This document shows, piece by piece, positions 1-12,647 of a DNA stretch of 64,000 nucleotides. The notes under the pieces were generated by a model. The model saw nothing but the letters and a program-made list of their open reading frames with translations. It was not told where the DNA came from and made no database searches. A program made the translations under genes and the position numbers. Position 1 is the stretch's first letter. Every line of letters begins with the position of its first letter. Source of the stretch: Hormiphora californensis. Lineage: Eukaryota; Animalia; Ctenophora. The stretch lies in assembly GCA_020137815.1 (NCBI GenBank), contig CM035350.1, forward strand, positions 5,828,001-5,892,000, given 5' to 3'.

Positions 1-113
1 ACCGTATGGGGCGAATACCATCGTTTGAACAGACCAGGAACGACAAATAGGACCGACAAACAGGACCGACAAACATGACCTTTGCTTGCTGTTATTTTGC
101 TCTTGTCGATTAA

Positions 114-1416
114 GGGTACACCTGGCGTTTTTCATCATCGAGTGCCCAACCAAATGACTTCACCAGGGTTTAGGCCATACAAAATGGACCTCAAATATGC
201 AATTTTAGCCCTAAAGTCGAATTCATATTTTTCCTACAGCCTATTTTCAAAGTGGCGTTTTTTCAATTTTTGTTGAAATTTTTAACCTCAGGACCACTTT
301 TTTTGAGATAGAAACATTAAATTCTTGGAATTTGAAGAGAATATAAAGGTGAATAAGCCCAAAGAAGGATTTTTGAAATGGAGCTTATTTCTGGCCATGA
401 GAACGGTTTACTTTTTTGCTTCTTTGACACGCTGGCTGAGAATGTTCCCATGCTTCATTAGAGATGAAAATCTGGAAATAGTTGCTCAAAACGATTATCT
501 ATGTGGCCCAAAAATTTTGGAACTTTCCCGCCAAAGATGTGGTGTACAGAGCTTTTTTTGTGAAACCTGTCTTTTTGAAAAAGAGGGAAATTCCCTGTAT
601 CTCAAAAACGGATGATCGTAGAGACCTGCGACCAAGCTTAATCGATTCAGAAGGTCCGATTTTGGGGGGGTCTTCTGAGAGACATTTTGCTCCTACTCCA
701 ACCGTTTTTGCTGTAATTGCGAAAAAGGTATCAGCAAGTAAGGGGGAAATCAGCCCGAAGCAGGCTACTGGAATAGAGTTGTTTCCCCTTTTCATAGAAT
801 TGGTTTTTTGCATTTACAGCAAAATCGGTTGGAGTAGGAGCAAAATGTCTCTCAGAAGACCCCCCCAAAATCGGACCTTCTGAATCGATTAAGTTTGGTC
901 CCAGGTCTCTACGATCATCCGTTTTTGAGATACAGGGAATTTCCCTCTTTTTCAAAAAGACGGGTTTCACAAAAAAAGCTCTGTACACCACATCTTTGGC
1001 GGGAAAGTTCCAAAATTTTTGGGCCACATAGATAATCGTTTTGAGCAACTATTTCCAGATTTTCATCTCTAATGAAGCATGGGAACATTCTCAGCCAGCG
1101 TGTCAAAGAAGCAAAAAAGTAAACCGTTCTCATGGCCAGAAATAAGCTCCATTTCAAAAATCCTTCTTTGGGCTTATTCACCTTTATATTCTCTTCAAAT
1201 TCCAAGAATTTAATGTTTCTATCTCAAAAAAAGTGGTCCTGAGGTTAAAAATTTCAACAAAAATTGAAAAAACGCCACTTTGAAAATAGGCTGTAGGAAA
1301 AATATGAATTCGACTTTAGGGCTAAAATTGCATATTTGAGGTCCATTTTGTATGGCCTAAACCCTGGTGAAGTCATTTGGTTGGGCACTCGATGATGAAA
1401 AACGCCAGGTGTACCC
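114..1416. mobile_element. Non-autonomous foldback DNA transposon (~610-bp inverted arms, ~75-bp spacer), TTAA target duplication, Kolobok-like termini
   Basis: GGGTACACCTGGCG at 114 mirrors CGCCAGGTGTACCC ending at 1416. TTAA at 110-113 and 1417-1420. Identical mirror ORFs 325..615(+) and 915..1205(-). TTAA TSD with GG..CC ends fits Kolobok; the superfamily is inferred. Confidence 0.88.
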
Positions 1417-1510
1417 TTAAGGCCCTTAATTTAAGGGGTCTTACTCAACATGACTATAAACTTGTAACTCGACAGCAGGGCCGAACTAAAGTGGTGGCAG
1501 CTCTGCTTAC

Positions 1511-4500
1511 CTCAAACTGGTATCTGCAAATGATGGTCCAGATGAGTCCGAGGGTGAGCTTATGGTTGCCCGACAAGATATCCTCATTACTGATATTCAC
1601 CAGCCGAACCTGAAAGGTGGTGCAAGGTGTTAGAAGTGGGCGTGAAACCTAGTGGATGGGTCAGTCAGGTAGAGTGAAAGTTGTTAGAGATAAGGAAAAC
1701 GGTCGGGTGGAATGAAAGTTGTTAAAGATAGAAAAAGGGAGGGAAATGCTTGCAATGGGGGGGGGGGGGGGGGGTGCTGAAACTGGGAAGATTGCACCTA
1801 CATAAATTCTCTGATTCTTGATCCAGGATAATGCGGTAACGAAATGGTCTTTAGTTGTTACAACGCCCGTCGATGTCTCCAATCTTTCGGTAATTTTAAA
1901 TGTTCTCCCTTTCCAAGAGGACCTTTTCAACCCATCATCTCCTGTTGTTGTGAACTCCATGGTAACGCCATGACTCCCAATCCTCCTCCTCTTACACTGA
2001 ACCTCCGGTCGTTCCAAGTAGATCCGTTTACAATTTTCCTCCTCTAACCGCGCCACTTTCTTGTTGTAGTGGATTGACGCGGCACACGGCTCAAACCTCC
2101 TCCGAAACATCCACTCGTACAGGGTGTCCACTGTGTCTGGGTTAGGGGTCTTCTTGTGAGACCCATGATGGACTCGTGTTGGAATATCGTCTATATGGAA
2201 CACGCTAGCCTCCTTTAACTTGTCAGGGGAGTTGAGTTGTTCACGAAGGAGCCGGTAGCAGGTTCTTTTACAGCGCCGAACCAGATCTGATTCAAATCTC
2301 TCCAGTTTACGGTGTAGACAAACCAGTTTGTTGATCAGCAGGGACCGGTCTTGGGGAACTACTGGTGATGGGGTTGTCATAGCAACAGGAAAACCATCTC
2401 CCCTAGCAACATGATCAGTACAAGGAAGGACAGGTGGTGTACGGCTGGTTTGCAAATAACTGGCATCTTGTGGTTTGTTTGTGTTGTACTCCGCAGCACA
2501 TTCGGCGTGTCTGTTATTGGCATCAATTTGATCTGCAGTAACTGTGCTGTTGCAGTCTCTAGAACTTTTAGTAGATGAATTGTGAAGGGATTCCGGGTTA
2601 GCAGTAGAAGGGTGAGCGGTTCTGGTAGTATGACGAAGAGAAGAAGAGGGATGGGTTTGAAGGGAGTCCAGAGTGGAAACTATCTCACTGCAAAGTAGAG
2701 TTATATCCTCTGCAGCTACCAGGTCCGGAGGAGTTGTACTAATGGCCGCTGTATCATTAAAACTGGGAAACACCTCCCCAGCTGGGGAGGGGAGAAAGCC
2801 TCCTGATCCCCGTGCTGCAAGATCATCCCTTATCTCCTCCATTGCCTCGGCCCGACCGAGGAGACCCCGGGTAAGGGCATCCCTGCTACGTCTCCGCTGC
2901 TCCGCTCCCGTATTAACACGCGACATCCAATCAAATAGCCGGGACAACATATTAGGAGGAAGTAGGAGGGTAGTAATACAAAGGGCGAGCGGATATGCGA
3001 TGTGCGTGTGCGTGTTCTCGCACACAAAGCAGCACAGAAAATCAGAGAGGAGAGAGTGCGGTTTCTGTTTTAAGTAAAGCACTCTATATGCTACAATTAT
3101 ATCCGGACAAGTAGACACAGGTCCGTTATTTTAGAACACGCCAACAGCACAGCCATGAGGAGTAAAGTATAGGATTCCGAGATCGAGTAGAAGTGCATCA
3201 TGTGTGTGTGTGTTGTGGGGAATTATAGAGGGAGAATGTTGAAAATGGTACACACACACAAGCACACAAGCACACACAAACACACGTCACTACTACACCC
3301 AGATTCTACACAACCAACTGATGTAGTGGCGTGGGAAGACATCAAGCTATACTACAAACCAAGCTAAAGGTCACCAACCACTATACTAGCTACAACCACT
3401 ATTATACTAGCTACAAACTATAACAGCCAGATTCAATATATTGCAGTGAGCAGCGGCCACTAGGTGTGAGTCGTCTACATGCTTTAGAGTTGAACTCTCT
3501 CTCAAATAGATATATTTGCATGGGGTAGAGAGGTCTTTATCACTTCCGCATTACGAGAGAGCACACACTCAGACAATATATATTGGGTTTGTAGACACAC
3601 AATGGACAGGAACCAGTTCTTTGAGACCCAAAACTGGCACAATTACGGACACTACCATGGGTGTGCAACTATAAACATGAGGAAAGCAACCAGGCACGTA
3701 CAAACAGTTCACACGTGTAATAACGGTAATGGAACTGGAAATAGCTCGATATAGAGCTGATAGATACAATGTGCGATACAGATATAGAGAGAGAGAGAGC
3801 AGGAGATTGCAGACAGTTCAATAGTTACACAGACAGGGAGCTGCGAAGGGAGGAGGAGGGAGAGCAGACAACATCGTTCAGAGAGGAGAATAAGAGTGTT
3901 AGATGTATTAAACACACTAACAGGTGTTACACTTAAGTATTTCTAGTTACAAAGCAGATTTGCACACAGCTGGAGATCATATCTAGCATCCTACGACAGG
4001 GCGTGCTGTAGTAATTGGGCTGGATTGAAAATACATGAGATGATCAATGTGATGCTATTTCTGGCCGCTACAATTCTCTGATCTCTCTCTCCTTTTCAAC
4101 TTTATAACACTTCATAGCTGCACAAATGATGTTATGTATGCAGACAGCTCTCTCTCTGTCTGGCTGTCACTCTCTTTGTTTCTCTCTCTCAGTTTCTCAT
4201 TTTGTTTCTCTCTCTCTTAGTTTCTCTAAGTGTCTCCCTCAAACCAATTGTTTACTATATGCTTCAATTGCTCGCATGGAAATTATACAGTGAAATTACA
4301 AAACAAGCTCTGTTGTAATAATAGCGGATAAAGCATGCTACAACAAACATCAAACTATTAACTCACTCTCTTAATTTCTTTATTTTCGATCTTTTAATTC
4401 TCTCTTTTCGATAACTCGTTCATTATCTCTCCCTCTCCTTCACTATCTCTCTCTATCTCTTTCAGTTCAGATGGTATAGAATAATGAGGGCAAGACTCCA

Positions 4501-5589
4501 GGAAGGAAAGATTAAGCACTGATAATAATCCTCTCTCGCCGATTATTCAAATAACTACTTTTTCAATACAGGATATAGACAACAGAACATGAGTGGTATA
4601 TGGTTCTGCAGTACAGAATAGGGCAAGATCTGAGCGGGACGAAGGCGCTAGACATACAGTACAAGTACACATGTACTAATTTACTGAACCATGTGGGTAG
4701 CTATATATAGTACTGAGTATAGAAGTGGACCCAAGATACAACTATTGTAGTTTACCCAGCTGGTACAACAAGATACAACTACATGTGTTAGTAAGGAGCC
4801 CTACACACACAGGCAGCTCTACAGTTAGAGTGTCAATAAAGATTGTATAGCATCCACCAGGTTTCTTGGCGGTAGTGTTCCAGGGAAATTCAATCACACC
4901 AGACGATGGAAAGGGGAATTGTAATTCGGGAGGGGGATTAGGGGAGTAACGTAGTAGTAGCAGGGTATACTGTATGTCTGTTGAATTATTCACACACAGA
5001 GTAGTGGCCGGTGGCCCTATAGAGATCTGTATCTTACCCCTTCTTTTTCAAGGAACCGCAATGCATATTCCAAATTCTGTAGTCTCTGTATGTTCAGCTT
5101 CACTCGAGTCGTCTTTTTCTAAAATAGGGAAATGTGGAATAGTAATGGAGCCTGAGTGTAGTGGTTTGGGGTAATCAGGACTTTTAAAATCTCATTACAA
5201 ATGTCATATATGTATGACTCAAATGCCATATTTGAGAGATTTCTACCTTGATTCTACACGTGCAATTAGTTAAACTTACAATTGGTTTCTTGGACAGGAA
5301 CTCCAAAAGGGCAATAAGTCGGAGACCATCCTTTAAATCCTCAAACAAATCCTCTATTTTATCAACATCGCCCTGTTGGAGGGAGGGGTATAATTGGTTG
5401 GCAATGGAGTTACAGTCGGACCCCGATTTACCGGGATGCTCGATCGGGGGAAAAGGTTTTGCCCTGTAAATCTGGGTCCGGTAAATCGAGGTCCGACTGT
5501 ATTATCAGGTTCCCACATGGTAGTAGGGCGGGAGGTTTTGTCATTTTTAATGAACCATGGTGGTTATTAATTGAGCTAACTAAATAGAG

Positions 5590-5624
<35 letters not shown>

Positions 5625-6133
5625 CCTCCATCGCTAATACCTGACCCCAGTCCCTGTAGAAATGGGGCTAATCTAATAAATATCCATGCGTGCCATACGC
5701 CAGTAAAATAAACTCAGCAATTTTTGAAAGCTTTTTCTCTCTGTACAATTTCATTCTCCTGTCACTCTCCAGTCTCTGTCCACAATGTATGTCTTTATAA
5801 TTTTCTTTGCACTCTCGGCATGGTGAAATCATTGGTAATACGGGTGAGAAAAGTGGTACTGGAGAGTTTTAAAACTGGGCTGACGAAAATTCAGATTTAC
5901 AGTTTAAAAGAAAACTGAATGCCCCTAACTAAAATGAATCTTTACTTCGACCTAACTATTTTTGACACAACTTAGCAAAGACCACCCCCTAAAACTGCAG
6001 ATTGAAGACATCAAATTGTATATCCTCAAAATTAAAAACCAAACCAATATATCGAGTAATCCAGCACTTACCCCTTTTAGTTGTACGTTGGCCCATCTGG
6101 TAAATGTCCTAGTCTGGATGTTATCTCTCTGCA
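1511..6133 (-). CDS. CH1 (calponin-homology) exons of a dystrophin/spectraplakin/nesprin-type actin-binding protein; the gene continues beyond the left edge
   Basis: GT-AG exons: 6133-6072 ([21 protein letters not shown]), 5372-5280 ([31 protein letters not shown]), 5118-5038 ([27 protein letters not shown]), 1609-1511 ([33 protein letters not shown]). They join in frame. Sizes 62/93/81/99 bp with a phase-1 first acceptor parallel dystrophin exons 2-5 (62/93/78/93). Confidence 0.92.
1802..2950 (-). CDS. Probable alternative large first exon (383 aa) splicing into the last CH1 exon
   Basis: Uninterrupted same-strand ORF inside the 5037-1610 intron, ATG at 2950 (MLSRLFDW...). Ends ...WIKNQRIY|GTAGGT, a phase-0 donor in frame with the phase-0 acceptor at 1609. 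Confidence 0.65.
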
Positions 6134-6773
6134 CTGTAAAACAGGGGAATTGTGTGAGTCACGTGTTGTGCAAAAACACCAGCCAATAAGAGAGCTGCTA
6201 CGAAAATAGACACACTCACAGAGAAACAGTAAATAACTTTGCATCGGAAGGGTGTTGCAAGGCACACATGAGAGTATGTGGGTTGTAAACTGTATGGAAC
6301 GTGCACATTGGACTGATAAATTTAGAATTCGGAACAGCCTTATTTTTGAAAATAACGACAAGTTTTGTGGTCGTACGAAGTTCACGCTAACCTGACATGA
6401 ATACATGTTAGTAATGTTTAGGCGTATACATTACCCAGCATTACTTACAGAAATTCAACCTGGACTTTTACAGAGAGGATAGTGGAGACAAGACTACCCG
6501 ACCGAAAATTGGAAAAAAGTTCCCAACCCCAGATAAACAAATCTATACCTTTATTGTTGTGACAAGATAATTAGTGAGAGGAATGGAAATTAGTTAACAG
6601 TGAAAGTGTTTGGACCTTGGGTTCAGAAGGAAAACCTTGAGGAACGGACAGTAAGCCGAAATTTCACCCCCTAAAATACTCTCACTCTTGGGGAAACCAG
6701 TATCACCTATATAACAACCTCTAGAGCTAGCTACCAGTTGACAGGGGATAACTATAATAACACACCTACATAC

Positions 6774-6831
6774 AAAGAAATCTGCTCCTCAGTCGGATCG
6801 ACCTCCTGCTCATGGGGGTCCTCCGGTGCAT
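6774..6831 (-). CDS. Candidate short alternative first exon (MHRRTPMSRRSIRLRSRFL)
   Basis: ATG-initiated frame ending in phase-1 donor T|GTATGT, compatible with the CH1 acceptor at 6133; could be chance. Confidence 0.3.
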
Positions 6832-7239
6832 GCATCACTTAACTGTCAAACTACGTACAGAAATGTCCCCCCCTGTCATACACCGCTCTACGCTAATTCA
6901 TGATAATTAGTATGTCCAATCCTATAGAGTTGGAGCCCCTACGTACTAAATTAAACTCAAGAACGTATATCATACACAGAGAGAGAATGCCCCTCCTAGC
7001 AAGCTGAAATTAACACACGTGCCCATCTAGTTTACACGTGTCTGACAGCTTTTGAAACAATCTAATTTTGATGTATTATACAGACTTTTGCATTCATTTT
7101 GGGATTTAGATTTTAGACCTGGAGTTACCGTTCCGAAGTTTCTAAATTTTCACACGGGCGCGGAATATGAAAAACGCTGGAGAGACGATGATGAAAATAA
7201 AACTCACGGATAACAAATGATAGTTCTTTTGGTACTCAC

Positions 7240-10003
7240 AGGCCTCCTGTTCGGCAGCGATTTGGAAGCTATTGCTCTGGAACTGTTCGTAGTCAGACTG
7301 GACAAGGGTGACAAGGATCTCTCCATTTGGTCCGTGGACAAAGGTATACTCGATATCATTGAGGGAACCATTGTTCTTCAACTGCTCAAACTGGTCCACC
7401 GACATGGTTAACACGTGGTCGTTATCTGGGGATGGGTGCAGTAGTTAAATAACCATGGAAACAGGAAATGAAACCATGGTAACATGCATACATACTTGAT
7501 GTGATGGTAACTTTGATGTCAGTTACAGATTCCTGGTCGGGTTGCGAGGCATTTGTCTGGAACATCTTGTACTCATCTGGGGAGAGGATCACCTTGTGAT
7601 CCCCATTATCCAGCTCATCAACTTGAAGGTTGAGACCCGCAAATGCGCCTTGGTTTCGCAGCGTCACCCACTGGGGGTTGGTCAGGACGAGGACATACTG
7701 CCCACCTGGAGGAGAGGTTGTGTGGGGGTGTGGTGGACCAAACAACAACTTGTGATAAATGTACTTACGGGCATCTACTTCAATGTTAATGTTGCTTATG
7801 TTTACAACGGTTGCTTTGGGCTTAGTGACTGTGTGTGCTCCGGCTTCGGAGGTGCTTTGGAGGAAGGTTGAGTAGTCTTGTTGGACTAGAATGACGATCA
7901 CAGACCCATCAGCCTGTTTCTGGACTTGCACGTTGGGTCCAGCGAATACCTCTAGCTTGCAGAGGTAGGCCCATTGGGGCGCAGAGAGGGTCAACTGGTA
8001 CCTGCCGGCTAAAAACGCTGCTTAGAACATGTAACTCAATCAAAACATATATAAACGTATAAACACGAAAAGGAATGTGCTGTTGGTGCTGAGATGTGTG
8101 ACTTATATCCCATTGGGGGGGGGGGGGGGTGTCGTACGAGATTTCAGCTGAGGACTTGATAGCATTCCAAGAGACATGCAGGAATCAGTGGGTTAGAAGC
8201 AATGTAATCCCGGGGGCTGATGTCTCTCTCTCTCTTACTTTCTGGGTTGATCTGAATGTTGTACTGACTCTCAATGCTTTCATGTGCAGCCTTGCCCTGG
8301 TTGCCATGTCGGGAGAGGAACACATTGTAGTCGTCCCGGGACATTTTGCAGATGTAACTATTCCCGGAATTGCTAACGTCCAAGGAGCTCAGATCCTTGA
8401 AGGAGCCAAGTCCATCCAGGACTTTATATTGGTCAGCACTCAGGGACAGCACGCACATACCACCTTGTGGAACACGTGTGTTTAGTACATGTTGTACCTA
8501 CTGTACAAATGTCAAGACTGTTTCGAGTAAGAACAACTTGTGCAGTTGTGCACTATTATATCCACCGGACTTACTCGCATCAACAGTCACAGAGAAGACA
8601 TCATCTGTTTTGGCTGGTATTCTTGATCGGTACGCCAGGAATTGCTCGTATTGGTTTTGGTCCAGAGTGACCTTGTACCCGCCGTTGGGCTCCACATCGG
8701 GACTCACATTGGACAGTCCACAGAACTTGCCCCCGTCCAGCATAGAGTCCCATAGCTCCGCAGTTAGGTGAATATTGTATCCACCTCCTTTAAAGGTTTG
8801 GATGTGGGAGTGATTTTAATGCTATATACGTCACAGAGCAACACTTGTTACAAAGAGCTACACAGTATTAGAACGAGCTACACTGTACTAGAACGAGCTA
8901 CACTTTAAGAAAGACTACATTTAATGTGTCACGTAACTCAAACACACAATATGATGTACTTACTGGCAGCAAGGGTGATGTTGTACTGCATGGTGGTCAT
9001 GGGTGGGGCCACGTGTCGATTCTTCAGATAGAGATCATACTGCTCCTGGGTCAACTTGATCACGTAGTTTCCATCTTGCATGAAGTAACTGACATCAATA
9101 CCAGCGAACACATTGTGCTTGTTCAGTTCTTCGAATTGTTCCACAGTTAGGACCAGGGAAAAGCCGGCTGAAATTAGGAACTATATTATAGGCTCATTCA
9201 TCAGTAAACACTGCAAAAAAACGATGAGACTTGACTGAGAGAGAGAGGGAGGAGAAAGATAGAGGAAGAAAGATAGAGAGAGAGATAGAGGGATAGAGAG
9301 AAAGAAAGAGGGGGGGGGGAGAAAGAGAGAGAAGGAAAGGAAGGGAGTGGGGTAGAAAAGAATAGTTAGCCTGTAGTTTATGTTATGCGACGGCTGTCAA
9401 CAAATTTTCCGATGGAAAGGGCGTGTGAGGAAACATAACTATTCAAGTTACTATGCAGGAAACATAACTATTCTGGCTCCCAAGATTAACAAATATGTAC
9501 ATAATTCTAACAAAATTATAGCTAGGATTATCAACAAGAAAACCACCAGCCATCCTAATTAATAATAACTTACCACTGTTCAGTTTGTATTTCTCGTAAT
9601 CTTCATCACTCATCTGGACCACATACGTGTCTCCCTCCATCATGTACTTGATCTTGAGGCCAGCAAACATCCTGTTCGCCTGATGGTCCTTCCATTCTGA
9701 CTCACTCAGTCGTAACACATACCCGGGGTTCTCTGAAGTTAACATGAGTCATGTAAAACAAGATCATTGGCTGTTTGGTTGTTTTAGGAATTAGTGTAAC
9801 TCCACTTCTCTTACCGCAGTTTTTCTTGTATTGTTCATACTGCTCGGCTGTCATATCTATATTGTACTTGTCACCCTCCATGGTGTAGCTTATCTGCATG
9901 TTGGCGAAGGCGCCCATTTGTTGGTTCTCCTTCCATTCCTTTTCGCTGAGCTCCAGAACGAAGGTCTTGGGAGCCGTTTCCATGTCGACATCCACTGCAA
10001 ACC
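7240..10003 (-). CDS. Eight symmetric phase 1-1 exons, each encoding one copy of an unrecognised ~55-aa repeat domain
   Basis: Exons 10003-9815, 9732-9574, 9167-8964, 8787-8575, 8463-8239, 8008-7769, 7705-7496, 7425-7240. All are AG/GT bounded with lengths divisible by 3 (189,159,204,213,225,240,210,186). Shared pattern (F/Y)xLxL(S/T)xx(Q/E)(W/F/Y)..F(A)G(L/I)...G.Y.(I/V).(L/M)(S/T)..(Q/D/E)Y..(F/Y). The last one joins the CH1 exon as EQEA-L-QRDN. Confidence 0.85.
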
Positions 10004-10340
10004 CTGTCAGAGCATATTAGCAATACATTAGCAGGTTAACATTAAGTATTAACTAGGTATAACACACAGCAATAGCACTGAAGTTATATATTAGTTCTAC
10101 ATATATATGTTTTCAATATGAAGTTTCTCTACAATGCGCTAATTGCAATATATAATGAACAAGAGCCTGTGTACAAAACAGAGAGAAGGGGCGGCAGAAC
10201 AACACACAAGACAACACACTAGACAAAAGAGCGGAAGGATACTCCTAAGCACGCTGAATTGCAAACTATAGTGCCCAAGCAACGGAGGGAGAGGTGGAAA
10301 GCCGTATTACACTCAGGATTCTTTGCCTACTACTTGGGTG

Positions 10341-10394
<54 letters not shown>

Positions 10395-11214
10395 GAGAGA
10401 GATAGAGAGAGAGAGTGAGAGAGGGAGAGAGGGAGAGAGGAAGAGAGAAAGGGAGTGATACTCCAAATGCAGCTGTGGGTTGAGGGAATCCTGTCGACAC
10501 CTATCAGAAAGACCTTGCTGTGAGAGAGGGAGAGAAAAGAATGGCACTTGGAGTTGGGTAAAGAAAATTATGCGATAGAAAGAAAAGACTGAGAGAGTCG
10601 AGAAGTCGAACAAATGTTATGAGAGGCAGGCTAAAGGCTAGAATGACTTAGTCAGGAAATGTACAGGGTCGGCTTCAGGCCATGGCCAAGTGCTCCTGAA
10701 TGTCTCTCTTTCTAAATTCACGCTAACAGCTGAACTTTTCTTCTGTATTTCGAGGTTTCAAATCGAATTTGACACATGGTATACAGTGGTGTGGAGGTGT
10801 CAGTAAAAAGTTTACACAACCCTGTCCGCCTCATTGGTCACAGGCATGTTAATATACAGAGGAGAGAAAGCGATAGATGCAGGAGAGAAACTGGTAAAGC
10901 ATAAGATAGAGAGGTGGAAAGCTAGAGGGTTTAATTCAACAAAGCTGTGCTAAACTAAAAGCGCTGCCTCCTAATTTCTACCACCACACAACCATGTTCC
11001 CATGCAGCTCCAAGGTGGTACAATGTGAAACACGTCAAACTGAGAATATATTGGGCCACTCTAATTTTCTATTTATTAAATGTTAGCTGTAAGCTGTAAT
11101 TGCAGCTCTTTTGCACACTTATGAAATGCTCAAGAACTGCTGCCACTTCGTGGGAACTGGCTAGCTAAATCTGGCCCCCTCTTCACGGTTTAATTTTGGG
11201 CTGGTTTTACTTAC

Positions 11215-11832
11215 GTGTTGGCTCGGGTGCAACTGGAGCTGCTGTCTCCTCGGGTTCAGGTTCAGGTTGTGGAGGTGGAGGTACATTGACAGTGGTATGG
11301 AGGGTTGTCGTGACAACGGTTCCATCACCCTCCTCCGTTGTCATGGTAGTACTGGACTCGGAGTGCACCTCACTACCCTCCCTGGACCAACTCTTTAGCT
11401 TGTAATTAGGGTCATTTCTATCAATCTTCTTCTCATTCAACTGAGATTCCCTCAGCTTCTTGTTTTTCCAATCAGGATCCTCCGCAGTCACTGTTCCCTC
11501 CGCAGCCTTGCCCTCCTTCAACTTTTTATCTTTCCAATCTGGGGTCTCCTCCGCGACAGTCCCCCCACTGGTTGTTGCTTTCTTCAGTTTTACCTCAAAT
11601 GGATTTGGGGGAGGTTCTTCTTCACCCCTTCTTCCGCCAGTCTTCTTCAAATTGGCCTTCCATGCGGGAACTTTACTTTCTTCCGTTATATTGGCACCGG
11701 TCGATTTTAGCTGTTTCTTCCATGGCGGATCATTTGTCCCGGTGGCAGAGGTGGATGCAGCCCCTGCCCCTTTTTTCCAGGAGGGCACGTCCCCCGGGGC
11801 CCGGTTCTGTTGCCGGTCCCGCCAAGACATAC
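11215..11832 (-). CDS. 618-bp phase 1-1 exon (or alternative first exon, ATG 11830) with repeated P-x-W-K..L-K motifs
   Basis: ctag|GT ATG TCT TGG acceptor and CCA ACA C|gtaagt donor; open frame MSWRDRQQ...APEPT. Confidence 0.8.
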
Positions 11833-12445
11833 CTAGTAAGAGGGGTGTGTTTGCGTGTTTAACTTTGGATAGGAAGTCAGATAAGAAGTGCAACGGAAAA
11901 CAACTCGGTATAGCAGTTAGAGTAGTGCCGTGCAGCACACACACAATACAGGGGGGAGCTCGAGACAACTGTATTTGCTGGTTTACTGTGCACACTATGT
12001 GTGGCAAGGTAGACCACGTGGTAGCCTTTCACCCCCCACGTGACCAATACCCTACCCAGTTAATGGCCGGTGTTCCCCCGACACACGGTGTTACGACGGG
12101 AGAGAAAGCTTTATTTATCACTAATACACTTATAAGGAAAAGTCCATTACCCGTTGTAGCTTGTGTCTACCTGTACGGCGTGGTAGGTATTGGGCAGTGT
12201 TGACCACGTGTTCACCGACTCGTCCCACTATTGGCTCGTTAGGACAGCAAGCACTGAAAACCTAAAAGTGCCGGAGGTTCACAGCAAGTTTCGGACATGC
12301 AAATCTCCTGCCAGCGGTGAGAGAGAGGCTGACAGGTCGGACAAGTTATATTAGGTACTGCAGGAAACGGGTTTATATATCCGGAGCACAAGTATATTAT
12401 ATCGAGATCAGATATTTCATATTGCTTATCATATCCGGATCAATC

Positions 12446-12647
12446 CACAGTGGGGCAAAATGCTGAACGAGGTGGAATTTTGGGTTGTGCATCTATTCAG
12501 TTGGCCACAGAACCCTCGAATTTCAATATTTTTGATGCGGTTTCAGGTTTGTTGTAACGTTTGATCATATTTAAAATTAAAGGCAAATTTTAAGTGAATT
12601 CTATATTTTTCGAATTTCCTCATCAAACGGCATTTTGCCCCACTGTG
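12446..12647. mobile_element. Transib-type MITE (202 bp)
   Basis: TIR CACAGTGGGGCAAAATGC / GCATTTTGCCCCACTGTG; exact 5-bp TSD CAATC (12441-12445, 12648-12652). Confidence 0.88.

Noticed and set aside
82-1205. Duplicated mirror ORFs, likewise at 52181-54176
   Set aside because: Produced by foldback symmetry; no recognisable protein.
5038-6133. Calling the CH gene filamin, or assigning any gene symbol
   Set aside because: [10 protein letters not shown] is filamin-like, but intron positions and [11 protein letters not shown] fit the dystrophin/plakin group; the diagnostic downstream domains are outside the window.
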